From a virus, in the IMG/VR virus record IMGVR_UViG_3300045988_182914, positions 28,339-92,338 of that record: DNA of 64,000 bases; one strand, written 5' to 3'. Position 1 is the first letter of the stretch. Each line of letters begins with the position of its first letter. The translations under genes were made by a program, and so were the position numbers. A model generated the notes under the pieces. It had not been told where the DNA came from. It saw only the letters and a program-made list of their open reading frames with translations, and searched no databases. Shown in pieces: positions 9,220 to 18,662 of the stretch.

Positions 9220-10186
9220 CTAATTGACTTTAATTCCAGTACATTCATAAAAAATGTCTGGATCAAAATTTGGAATACTTTTAATTATCTGTTTATCACA
9301 ATCAGATAACCCGTTCCACCACAACTGACCACATTTAGATTCATCAAGCACTTTGAGATAACCGCTTGTTGTTTCATAGGTTGGATATGCTGCTTTTTCT
9401 TCATCAGTCATATCTTCTTCAGATACCCATTCAACAACATTCTTTGGTATCTGATTCAGTAAATATTTTGCATCTGAATCCATCCATTCACGATATGTCA
9501 TATTTGATGGCTTATTAAACAGTATAATCTTCTGTTCTTCTGTGTTAAAACAACCAGTATTAAAAGACGATTTGTTCCAGTCCCCGGTGTTCCAGTCCCC
9601 GGTGTTGCAGTTTCCGGTGTTGCAGTTTCCAGTGTTCCTGTCCCCGGTGTTGTTGTTCCCAGTGTTCCAGTTTCCAGTGTTGCCGTTTTCAGTGTTGCAA
9701 ATTCCGGTGTTGCAGTCTCCGGTGTTCCAATTTCCGGTGTTGCAGTCTCCGGTGTTCCTGTTCCCAGTGTTCCTGTCCCCGGTGTTCCAGTTTCCGGTGT
9801 TGCTGTTTCCAGTGTTCCTGTTCCCGGTGTTATTATCCCCGGCGTTACAGAGACCCGTACATTTTTTTCCAATGTTGACAATCCGCAACACTTCATCCCA
9901 CGGGATTTCACGCACGATCTCTAACTTATTAGTGCATAACTCGTATCCGTCTGTCCTCACATCACCATAGGCAATGATTTCCGCTACCTTGTTTTTACTG
10001 TTGAAACTGTAATAGTTAAAACAGTCGGCAGCCGTCTGACAGAAGTGCATACCGTGATTGCAAATATCAAGCTCCCCTTCTTCCTCAAATTTTCCGGGGC
10101 AAGTGTACTGTTTCGTGTTGCCGTTAGGTGAACATGTCCAATCAGGTCTAAACACTTTAAATCCTTTTATTATCTCTTCGTTGTTC
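9220..10186 (-). CDS. Protein with about 30 tandem NTGxx pentad repeats (pentapeptide-repeat-like solenoid) between Cys-rich N- and C-terminal domains
   Basis: NTGNRNTGNSNTGNWNTGDRNTGN... is encoded by a 15-nt-periodic DNA repeat at 9570..9860. The likely true start is the MNNEEI ATG at 10186, downstream of GGAGGA. Confidence 0.7.
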
Positions 10187-10280
10187 ATTTGTTTTTCCTC
10201 CATTTTTCTTTATTTTTATATGGAAAGTATGATAGTTTTTACATTATTGGCACAAAAAAAAGAGGGAAAACCCTCTTTTT

Positions 10281-10481
10281 TTATTCAAGCTCAATCAATT
10301 CTGCTTCCTCTACATACTTTTTTGCCGCATCATATCCATTTCTATTAAGTTCGCCTTCAATGCTAAACCAAAGCGAATCTAAAAAATTTGGAACAGACGC
10401 CAAATCTTTATTCGGATATTTTTCTCTATACCGCTTATATGCTGTATTGTATAGTTCATCTACTAAATCACGTTTTAGCAT
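10281..10481 (-). CDS. Hypothetical small protein
   Basis: 66 aa ORF. Confidence 0.4.
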   Translation of the reverse strand: MLKRDLVDELYNTAYKRYREKYPNKDLASVPNFLDSLWFSIEGELNRNGYDAAKKYVEEAELIELE

Positions 10482-10519
10482 AATTGTTCCTCCAATCTTT
10501 ACAGTAAATCATCGTTTCA

Positions 10520-10886
10520 TTACCATTTATAATCATCTTCTTTTCCATATAAAGCACCACCAGGAAGAAACATTCCTAATGCCTCTATTTCATATCTTTC
10601 TAATAATTCTCCTTTTCTATTACCTTTAAGCCATATGAATCTTCTCATAACAACTTCTTCAGGTAATAAAATAGTTTTTTTGGTTGTGAGTTGTATTCCA
10701 ATACCAAGTTTTAGCATTATATCACCTGCACCACCATTTATAAGATATTGTCTTAAAACCTCTGTATATTGATTTAGATGCACGTCCGTTTGTGCAGCAC
10801 CATAAAACATTTGGTCGGTTAATCTATGATACTCAATGTAGTTACATTTCATATTATTTTCCTCCATTCTTATGTCTTCGTTGTTC
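10520..10886 (-). CDS. Hypothetical protein
   Basis: True start is probably MNNEDI after GGAGGA. Its 5' leader is near-identical to those of ligA and the NTGxx protein. Confidence 0.5.
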
Positions 10887-11007
10887 ATTTGTTTGTCCTC
10901 CATTTCTCTTTTTCTTTATTACACAAAAAGTATGATAGTTTTTACATTAATGAAATTTTGCACACAAAAATCCCGGCACATGCGTACCGGGAAATTAATT
11001 ATTATTT

Positions 11008-11274
11008 TTAGCTTTTCTGTACTTTTCTGTATTCATTCATGGTAAGCGCGATATAATCTGACACATTACTTTCGGGCTTTGGAAAAATTTCCTTGCATTT
11101 TCTTTCCAGCTCATCTGCCTGCTCATCAGATAAGCGGTATACAATCTCATGCTTTCGTCCACGGGCGTCTACATAAAAACATGTAAATGTTGGCATCATG
11201 TAAGTGTTCAAAAAACAGAGAAAGTTCTTTATACTCATTTTGTCCATTTTCTCTTTTGTCAGATGCTTTGTCAA
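11008..11274 (-). CDS. Hypothetical small protein
   Basis: 88 aa ORF. The IS element abuts its start. Confidence 0.4.
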   Translation of the reverse strand: MTKHLTKEKMDKMSIKNFLCFLNTYMMPTFTCFYVDARGRKHEIVYRLSDEQADELERKCKEIFPKPESNVSDYIALTMNEYRKVQKS

Positions 11275-11279
11275 CTACT

Positions 11280-11417
11280 CACGACCTAAAGGTCATGGGC
11301 TTGTAACTGCCCAGTCGTACTAACAGCTTACGCCTCCGACCTTTAACCCCAATAGATATCGCTATCTAAAGTGGCGTTACATCGCAGGGTGGTTGACAGC
11401 ACCCTTTGCAACAAAGT
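11280..11417 (-). ncRNA. Putative omega RNA (guide RNA scaffold) encoded at the 3' end of tnpB
   Basis: Location immediately 3' of the tnpB stop, as in characterised IS605 TnpB systems. Structure not verified. Confidence 0.4.
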
Positions 11418-12557
11418 TTACTCTGTTGCAACTGTATCAGGTACTTGGCTATCAGAAAGATAGTTTATTCCCATACGATACAGATTCATAGCTCCGATAC
11501 GGTCATCATTGGACTGATAGCCACAGTTTTTACAAGTAAACAAATGTATTTTCTTGTTACGGTTAGACTTTTCCGTATGCCCACAAACAGGACAACATTG
11601 ACTCGTATAACGAGGATCTACCTTAATTACAGAAGATTGATTCTGCTTTGCCTTGTAAATTAGTTTCTGTTCTAAACCATAGAACGACCACGACACAGAA
11701 ACATAACGGTCTTTTGTTTTGACACGCTCTGTAGCATTGCGAATACCCGACAAATCTTCTAATACAAAGAGTGTATGCTTCGGGTTATTCTCAACGAGTG
11801 CCTTCGATACACAATGGTTCACATCTTGCATCCAACGGTTTTCTCGCTGACCGATAGCTTTTAATCTTCGCCTTGAAGATGGAGTTTGTCGCATTTGGAG
11901 TTTTTTGCGAAGTTTGGAATAGTTAGCACGTTTCTGCTTGATAGCTTTTCCACTAACAAATCCAGACTTGTGATGACTGTCATAGGTTGCAACAACGAAG
12001 TTAATTCCTCTGTCAATGCCTACGACATTACAAATGTCAGAAATATTACTTTCTTTGACATCATAAGTTACTGGTATGTGAAGATAATATTTACCATGTT
12101 TGTTTGTGAGCTTGGCTGTACCAAACTTGTAAATAGAATGGTCAAAATATTTAGACATACCTTCAGCGAAATATGGCAGTTTAACACGACCATTCAGCGT
12201 ATTCACAGAAAAACAGTTTTGCGTTAAAGAATAATCTCTGTTCCAAACTAAATCATACTGAGGTTTCTTGAAGGTTGGTCGTATCCATTTATTTTGATTT
12301 TCGAGAATAGCTCTATATCGTGCAATGACCGTTTTCAAAACGGACTGAGCCATTTGCGATTTCAAACCAAATTTTTCTCTTAGAGTAGAATACAAAACTT
12401 TATTCAGTGAAAACTGCTTTAAATCATGAGTCTTGAATACATAGTCTGAAACATAATCACAGGCATCACGATAAACAGACATAGTTTCATCAAGCAAAAC
12501 TTTATCTGCATCAGTAGCGACTATTTGAACTTTTGCTGTTATAGTCATCTGTTCCAT
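11418..12557 (-). CDS. tnpB: TnpB (IS605 OrfB, RuvC-like RNA-guided nuclease)
   Basis: 379 aa. RuvC motifs GIDRG, LEDL and NDDRIGAMNL, plus zinc finger CPVCG...CKNCG. Confidence 0.9.
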   Translation of the reverse strand: MEQMTITAKVQIVATDADKVLLDETMSVYRDACDYVSDYVFKTHDLKQFSLNKVLYSTLREKFGLKSQMAQSVLKTVIARYRAILENQNKWIRPTFKKPQYDLVWNRDYSLTQNCFSVNTLNGRVKLPYFAEGMSKYFDHSIYKFGTAKLTNKHGKYYLHIPVTYDVKESNISDICNVVGIDRGINFVVATYDSHHKSGFVSGKAIKQKRANYSKLRKKLQMRQTPSSRRRLKAIGQRENRWMQDVNHCVSKALVENNPKHTLFVLEDLSGIRNATERVKTKDRYVSVSWSFYGLEQKLIYKAKQNQSSVIKVDPRYTSQCCPVCGHTEKSNRNKKIHLFTCKNCGYQSNDDRIGAMNLYRMGINYLSDSQVPDTVATE

Positions 12558-12640
12558 AGATGTACTCCCTTCATTGATATCTCACTAGATATAGTATATA
12601 ATATTAGTTAGTGAAAGTCAATAATTATCAGAGGTAGGCT

Positions 12641-13045
12641 ATGGACAATAGATATAATCGTCATAACAGACGAAAATACAGTCTAAAAGTACATATAGTT
12701 CTTGTAACTAAATATCGTAAGAAACTACTAAAAGGTTCTATTGCTGACGATGTTAAGCAAAAGATTTTTGATATAGCCAATACTCGTGGCTACGAAATAA
12801 TCGCTATGGAAGCAGACAAAGACCACATGCATTTTTTAATAAGTTATGATACGACTGATAGGGTTTGCGATATTGTTAAGATTGTAAAACAAGAAACACC
12901 ATATTACCTATGGCAAAAGTATGGCTCGTTTCTGTCTAAACAGTATTGGAAGAAAAGGATATTTTGGTCAGACGGATACTTTGCTTGCAGTATTGGAGAA
13001 GTATCGTCAGCGACTATACAAAAGTATATTGAAAGTCAGGGTTAA
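12641..13045 (+). CDS. tnpA: IS200-type TnpA (Y1 HUH transposase)
   Basis: 134 aa. Matches the IS200 family across ...HIVLVTKYRKKLL...HMHFLISY... including the HUH motif. Confidence 0.9.
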   Translation: MDNRYNRHNRRKYSLKVHIVLVTKYRKKLLKGSIADDVKQKIFDIANTRGYEIIAMEADKDHMHFLISYDTTDRVCDIVKIVKQETPYYLWQKYGSFLSKQYWKKRIFWSDGYFACSIGEVSSATIQKYIESQG

Positions 13046-13117
13046 TGGCTAAAGATTCACAAGGCTCCTCCCACCACCTGAAGGTAGTGGGTTTCCGCCT
13101 ACGGCAAACGAAAGGAT

Positions 13118-13558
13118 TTAATTTATGAAAATTGGCGCGTATATCTTACTCTTAACCCGCCAAATTATCAAATAAAGCGGTTGTCGGGCCATTAGAAACA
13201 GCTTTACCGAAAGGCAAATTGGTAGTACATCGACAATCAACTGCAGAAATGTTATACGATCTGGACCTATGTCAGCACAAAGACTGCTAACGCCAAGCAT
13301 ATCGTATTTGTAAATACAATGCGTTATATATGCTCCAGCCAGGCCTCCTGCCATAATGTACAGCATGTGCATGACAGCCTCGAAAACCACCTGTGTCTTA
13401 TACCCGCGCTGCCTGTACTTCTCCCTTGCATAGTCCGCATTTTCTGCTATTTTTGTCTCTTCAACTTTCTTTTCAATTTTTGCAAAAGTTGCTCTTTCCT
13501 CTATACTGCTTTCAATTTCTTCTTTTATGACTGAAAATATCTCTTTGATTTTTCCCAT
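13118..13558 (-). CDS. Hypothetical membrane protein; 3' end possibly altered by the IS insertion
   Basis: Start MGKIKEIF downstream of conserved motif at 13570..13605. Hydrophobic C-terminal segment. The ORF ends at the IS boundary. Confidence 0.45.
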   Translation of the reverse strand: MGKIKEIFSVIKEEIESSIEERATFAKIEKKVEETKIAENADYAREKYRQRGYKTQVVFEAVMHMLYIMAGGLAGAYITHCIYKYDMLGVSSLCADIGPDRITFLQLIVDVLPICLSVKLFLMARQPLYLIIWRVKSKIYAPIFIN

Positions 13559-13679
13559 CTGTAATTTCTGTCCTTTCGCGGATGTTCTACAAAGAGTATG
13601 ATAGATTTTTCTTATGTTTGCTTCATTTCCATCTAGGCAGCCCGCAAAAAAAAAAGCCGCGCAATGCAGCTCTCCTTTT

Positions 13680-13937
13680 TCATGCCCTTTCTTTGGCCCA
13701 TGCTTTAGGGCCTTTAAGATTTGCACAGACAGATTTATATATCATGTCTGTCAGTTCCCTGCCGTACACGCACTTTATTGCGTCCACAAGACTCGCCTGC
13801 ACGTCCTGACCGTCATCAATCTCCTCAATGGCTGACATCAGCGAATCCTCTCTTTCGTACTTGTCAGGCTTAATTCCAAGCCTGTCTAAAAGTGCGTCAT
13901 GAAGCTTAATAATTTCATTTCTCCTGTTTGTTTCCAT
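13680..13937 (-). CDS. Hypothetical protein
   Basis: 85 aa. The RBS aaggagga lies within the tandem duplication. Confidence 0.45.
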   Translation of the reverse strand: METNRRNEIIKLHDALLDRLGIKPDKYEREDSLMSAIEEIDDGQDVQASLVDAIKCVYGRELTDMIYKSVCANLKGPKAWAKERA

Positions 13938-14161
13938 TTTTGTTCCTCCTTAATCCCAGTCTTCCTTTTGTTCCTCCTTAATCCCAGTCTTCCATTGCAG
14001 CGACTGCTTCTTTTATGTCTTCTTTGCTTCTCCAGATACGGCACGCGTCGCATATCTTTATATTTTTTTTGTATGCGCACACCATCTCTCTTACCGCGCA
14101 CCTTAACCAACGCAATGTGCGCTGAATTTCCTGATGCACCGCAGAAATAGCATTCGTTCAT
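13886..14161 (-). CDS. Hypothetical Cys-containing basic protein
   Basis: 91 aa. Start MNECYFCG directly downstream of conserved motif at 14165..14212. Confidence 0.4.
   Translation of the reverse strand: MNECYFCGASGNSAHIALVKVRGKRDGVRIQKKYKDMRRVPYLEKQRRHKRSSRCNGRLGLRRNKRKTGIKEEQKWKQTGEMKLLSFMTHF
13942..13997. repeat. 28 bp tandem duplication (2 copies) duplicating the RBS region upstream of 13680..13937
   Basis: gttcctccttaatcccagtcttcc[ttt/att]t occurs twice in direct tandem. Confidence 0.8.
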
Positions 14162-14164
14162 GTT

Positions 14165-14212
14165 TTATCTCCACCTTTCTTTTTTATATAGAAAGTATGT
14201 TAGATTTTGTAA
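14165..14212 (-). promoter_or_regulatory. Example of the recurrent conserved promoter/5'UTR element (gene orientation AAAATCTAACATACTTTCTATATAAAAAAGAAAGGTGGAG)
   Basis: One of about 30 near-identical copies, each placed immediately upstream of an ATG. Confidence 0.6.
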
Positions 14213-14272
14213 AAGCCGGTGTCGCCTTTCCACATAAATATCCCCAGCACTTATGCACCGGGGATATGGTTT

Positions 14273-16741
14273 TTACACGCCGACTGATTCTTCAGCTTCG
14301 GCTTTCTTTGCATGATTTTTCTGTTTTGCAGCTTCACGCTCTGCGATTATCTCTTCCTGACGGTGTTTCATTGCCTCAAGGTTGAGTTTTGTACCACTAA
14401 ACACACCATCTATGTCTATTTTTGCAAGCAAATCGTTCGGAATTGAAACTTCTTCCAGATTTTTACAGTCTGCAAATGTCTTATTCAGATAGTTTACACT
14501 CTCTGGGATTTCAACTCTTCTTATATTTTCACATGCTCTGAATGCCGCTTCCCCAACATGTTTTACCCCGCCAGGAATCTTTATCACTCCGTCTTCAAGT
14601 TCATTGCGTTTTCCCATGTTTTTTATTAATGAACCTTCAAAAGATGCTCTGCCGATTTCTGTGAGGCTACTATTCTCCGCAATTACAACTGCGTTAAAAT
14701 CATGTTTGTTATAATAAAACACGGCATCCCCTATTTTCTCTGTGTTTTCAGATAAAACCACATTGTTGCGGTCTTTACTTAAAATATCCCCCTGATAACG
14801 GCCGGAGACTTCCTCTGAATAACGATATTTGCCAATATATGTCGAATGCTCTTCAAAGCTTTTTTCTTTATCAATCTGATCGCTTATTTCATTTCTGACT
14901 TTTGTGTAGTCAAATGCTGTAAGGAGCAGATGTCCATCTCTGCCGTTTTGTACATTTTTTACAATCATCGGCTCAAGGCCATTGACTTTTTCAAGATTAA
15001 CACAGCCTACAAAAGCATTATATTTGATACTCCTTATGTTCTCTGGAAGTGTGATGCTTCTGATTTTTTCATTAAGCATATATTCCGTGCCAATTTCTTC
15101 TGTTCCATCAGGAACTACAATATCCACCATTTCTTCGTTAGCATTAAGTTTACGGTTTTCACGGTCAATATCATTTTTCTCCGCGAGCTTTATAAAATCA
15201 TTTTCTTTTCTCATATATCGTTCAGCAGCTCTGCTAAAATCCTTTATTGAGTTGCTGTCTTTCATGAGTTCTTTTATTTCTTTCATTGAAAGATCTGTTA
15301 AATTCTTATAGTGACTGTCGTAATTTGGCGCTGCATACGCATAGTCAATTGACATTTCTTTGTCCAATACTGTATTTATTTCATTGCTGTATTTTTCAAG
15401 TTCTTTTTCGTCTGTATTTAACATAAAAGCTTTAAACTGTTCAAAATCATCTATTTGGATTTGTTCGTAAGGTTTATTAAAATACATTCCATAATTGTCG
15501 CACATAATACAATTGTTCGTAATCATGCCTGTGTTTGTTAAATCAGGAGTCTCATGTGCCACGACTTCTTTTAAAGCATTTATATATTCTTTTTGATTAT
15601 CTTCCTGATAACAAAAATCGGAAAATGCGTCTTCTATATTAATATTTCTAAGCGTATCTTTTGATATGATAATACCATCAGTTCTTGAAAAAGCTCCTTT
15701 TCCAACTTCCCTTACGCTGTCTGGAACTTTTATGACTGCAGGGCAGCCAGAAAAAGCATAGTTTCCTATCTTCTCAAGATTCTTACAGTACAAAAAGCTT
15801 ATATCAACGATTTCATTGCAATTCATAAATGCGCAATCGCCTATTTCTTTAACATTGTAAGGAATGTGTATAAAATTAAGACCTTTACAACCATGAAAAG
15901 CATAATTACCGATTTTTTCAAGTTCCTGTGGCAACTTTAAGCGGTCAAGACTTACATCATTTTCAAACACTCCTTCTGGCAGTTCCTTAAGCTGTTCCGA
16001 CAGATGAATGCGTGTCAATCTGTCACACTCTGCAAACGCATATTTTCCTATTTTTGCACCATTATTATCTGCTATATAAACTTCCGCAATATGTCCCTGT
16101 CCGGCAAAAGCATAGTCTCCGATGTCTTTTGCATTTGGCATATAAAGAACATTTCCACACACCGGAAGCTTTCTTGAATGCGCTTTCTCCCTCTCATCAT
16201 AAAAGTCATCATAATAACTTTTTTTATTCTGATTTTTATCATCTAAATCTTTTACATAATCACTGTCAAAAGTTTTGAAATTTTTATTATCAACAGCATC
16301 TCCAAACTCATCTTCCTGTACCATGTTAAGAACCTCATTATCGGCGTATTGATGAGATTCTACTTTTTCATCAGTAAGCGTAAATTCATTATGAAGATTG
16401 TCCTTAAAATAATTGTCAATGCTGGTATATCCATGTTCTTTAAAGTATTCTTTATTTTTTTCTGTTGCAAATTTTTCAATTATTTCCTTTGATTTCTCCT
16501 GATTCTTTTCATAATTAAAGAATTCTTCCTTTGTCATGTCGGTTGCATTATTATGCTGATAGTCTGGATAAAAGAATCCATCTTCTGATTCTTTCAATTC
16601 TTCAGAATCCTCAATGAAAACTGCCCCCGCTGTCTTACTTTCATTAAATATCTGCGGAAAATTGTATATGTTTGCCCATTTCTTATAATCTTCCTTGTCT
16701 ACTGGGCTTCCATCAGGCCCCTTGTATTCGAATTCACTCAT
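14273..16741 (-). CDS. BspA-type leucine-rich-repeat (LRR_5) protein with an acidic N-terminal region
   Basis: 822 aa. Repeated IGxxAFxxCxxLxxIxIP units typical of BspA-like LRR proteins. Confidence 0.8.
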   Translation of the reverse strand: MSEFEYKGPDGSPVDKEDYKKWANIYNFPQIFNESKTAGAVFIEDSEELKESEDGFFYPDYQHNNATDMTKEEFFNYEKNQEKSKEIIEKFATEKNKEYFKEHGYTSIDNYFKDNLHNEFTLTDEKVESHQYADNEVLNMVQEDEFGDAVDNKNFKTFDSDYVKDLDDKNQNKKSYYDDFYDEREKAHSRKLPVCGNVLYMPNAKDIGDYAFAGQGHIAEVYIADNNGAKIGKYAFAECDRLTRIHLSEQLKELPEGVFENDVSLDRLKLPQELEKIGNYAFHGCKGLNFIHIPYNVKEIGDCAFMNCNEIVDISFLYCKNLEKIGNYAFSGCPAVIKVPDSVREVGKGAFSRTDGIIISKDTLRNINIEDAFSDFCYQEDNQKEYINALKEVVAHETPDLTNTGMITNNCIMCDNYGMYFNKPYEQIQIDDFEQFKAFMLNTDEKELEKYSNEINTVLDKEMSIDYAYAAPNYDSHYKNLTDLSMKEIKELMKDSNSIKDFSRAAERYMRKENDFIKLAEKNDIDRENRKLNANEEMVDIVVPDGTEEIGTEYMLNEKIRSITLPENIRSIKYNAFVGCVNLEKVNGLEPMIVKNVQNGRDGHLLLTAFDYTKVRNEISDQIDKEKSFEEHSTYIGKYRYSEEVSGRYQGDILSKDRNNVVLSENTEKIGDAVFYYNKHDFNAVVIAENSSLTEIGRASFEGSLIKNMGKRNELEDGVIKIPGGVKHVGEAAFRACENIRRVEIPESVNYLNKTFADCKNLEEVSIPNDLLAKIDIDGVFSGTKLNLEAMKHRQEEIIAEREAAKQKNHAKKAEAEESVGV

Positions 16742-16966
16742 TTTCTTTACCTCCCAGATTTGAATTCCGATTAATGCTTACATATAAAGTATGATAGAAA
16801 CAAAAAAAATAACGGTTTTAATGAATTTACTGCGCAAAAAATCTCCTGACAACGTCAGGAGATGAATGCGCTGGATTTATATAGAAGCACATATCAGTAT
16901 GGATAAAAAATCATACTTATATCAGAAAGGCCAGCCTTATAAAACAAACCAGAGGAGGTGAATTCC

Positions 16967-18232
16967 ATGAGACAGATGAATCAGATGCCGTACATTATCG
17001 GCGCGGTAATACGCATATATCCTAGCAATAAACAGAAGCGCATTATCGCCAAAAATGACGGCGCCGCGCGTTTCATATATAACAGGCTTGTTGCCCGCGA
17101 CAGGGAGCTTCACGCCCTTGGAAGGGTCAAAAGATATTGTGAGCCTGTAGCTGCACGCATCTCATATCTTAAATCTCTTGGAACAAACCTCTCGGATTTG
17201 AAGGCTGTATATCCGTTCCTTGAGGATAAGGAAATTGATTCCCTTGCTGTCTGCAATGCAAAACAGAATTACCAGACCGCATGGAACAATTTCATGAAGG
17301 TCCCGGGCACGTCGATACCAACATTCCATAAAAAGGGATATTCAAAATCATACCAGACGAACTGCCAGTATCCTTCGGGATGCACCGACATCAAAAAGGG
17401 GAGTGTACACATGCTTGACCGTAAACATGTTCAGGTTCCAAAGCTGGGTTCTGTCAAGTTTAAGGATTCCGGCATGCTGCGGCGTATTTTTGCCAGAACA
17501 TCCGAAACACGCATAGGCTCAGTAAAAGTTGCAATGGATAACTGCGGCGACTACTGGATCTCCATGCAGGTCGGTTCGGTAGGTCCGCTCCACAATGCAA
17601 TGCCCGCAGTCGGACATGGTGTCGGAATAGATGTAAATGTCAAAAACCTTTACACGGACTCAGACGGAAATGAGGCTGAAAATCCAAAATTCTACACAAA
17701 AACAGAAAAGAAACTTGCCAAGGCACAGCGAAAGCTCTCAAGACGCATGGAGCGTGCCAAAAAAGACGGCAGGTCTTTATATGATGCAAAAAACTACCAG
17801 AAGCAGAGGCTTAAAACTGCAAAAATAAGCAGGTCAGTATCCCGCAGGCGCAAGGATTACCTTAATGTCCAGAGTAAGCGTTTAGTCGAAAGCCAAGACT
17901 TTATATTTACTGAGAACTTAAGCTCCAAAGCCATGATGAAAGATAATGACTATGCCAAATACATAGCTGATGTCGCATGGAGTAAATTCATCACAATGAT
18001 AAAATATAAATGCGGATTCTACGGCCGCATATTCGGCATGGTTCCGGCCAAAAACACCACGCAGATGTGTCATGTGTGCGGATTTATACTTACCGGTGAC
18101 AGTAAGCTCTCATTCAACGACCGTTCGTGGACATGTCCTAACTGCGGCACCTTCCATATGAGGGACCACAACTCTGCCATAAACATAAAAAACAGCGGAA
18201 CCCGGTTGTATTTACCAGATCCCGCTTTATAA
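16967..18232 (+). CDS. tnpB: TnpB (IS1341-type, no adjacent tnpA)
   Basis: RuvC-I GIDVNVKN, E in FTENLSS, RuvC-III RDHNSAINI, zinc finger CHVCG...CPNCG. GGAGG RBS before the ATG at 16967. Confidence 0.9.
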   Translation: MRQMNQMPYIIGAVIRIYPSNKQKRIIAKNDGAARFIYNRLVARDRELHALGRVKRYCEPVAARISYLKSLGTNLSDLKAVYPFLEDKEIDSLAVCNAKQNYQTAWNNFMKVPGTSIPTFHKKGYSKSYQTNCQYPSGCTDIKKGSVHMLDRKHVQVPKLGSVKFKDSGMLRRIFARTSETRIGSVKVAMDNCGDYWISMQVGSVGPLHNAMPAVGHGVGIDVNVKNLYTDSDGNEAENPKFYTKTEKKLAKAQRKLSRRMERAKKDGRSLYDAKNYQKQRLKTAKISRSVSRRRKDYLNVQSKRLVESQDFIFTENLSSKAMMKDNDYAKYIADVAWSKFITMIKYKCGFYGRIFGMVPAKNTTQMCHVCGFILTGDSKLSFNDRSWTCPNCGTFHMRDHNSAINIKNSGTRLYLPDPAL

Positions 18233-18425
18233 GACAATGAACACGCGTAGTTTGACAACTCACTACGTAACCGCTCCTTTACTGGTGTGCCACTGGCTGT
18301 CACTTCTGCGGAAGGACTTTCAAGCACGCTTTATCCGAGTAAGCTGTCTTCACAGACACGGATGTTTACACAAACTTCCGGTTTACAGACAGGTTTCCGA
18401 CAACGTCGGGAGTAGTTGACTTCTG
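18233..18425 (+). ncRNA. Putative omega RNA 3' of the solo tnpB
   Basis: Position only. Region contains stems such as ccggtttacagacaggtttccgacaacgtcgg. Not verified. Confidence 0.35.
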
Positions 18426-18502
18426 CCATATTATGATGTCCTCCTAAATCATTCAGTACTTATGCCAAAAGTATTATAGAAAATTAAAAACCAGCAGCTC
18501 TT

Positions 18503-18662
18503 TATATGGAAAGCCATTTTTCAAAATCATTTCTGACATACTATATGTGTAAAACAGGAATACAGATAAGCCTGTTAACATACAACTCCATTTTTCTTTT
18601 TAGATATGAGTCGGGGACGAAAGCCTCCGGCTATACGTTTGTCCAAAATTCCAAAAACAAAG
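18503..18662 (+). repeat. Structured repeat element, copy 1 (also at 53518..53662 and split at 61729..61812 + 62391..62445)
   Basis: About 85-90% identity among copies. Contains a conserved hairpin with a GAAA loop that shows compensatory changes between copies. Confidence 0.75.

Larger units (their letters stand above)
11278..13110. mobile_element. IS200/IS605-family insertion sequence (divergent tnpB and tnpA)
   Basis: Contains a Y1 HUH transposase and a TnpB. A hairpin ctcccaccacctgaaggtagtggg lies at the tnpA-side end (13068..13091). Boundaries are approximate. Confidence 0.7.

Noticed and set aside
9498-9970. Antisense or alternate-frame ORFs (9498..9911 minus, 9542..9970 plus) inside the NTGxx repeat gene
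   Set aside because: They are generated by the 15-nt periodic DNA repeat. The frame giving NTGxx pentads, with an RBS and conserved leader, is the coding frame.
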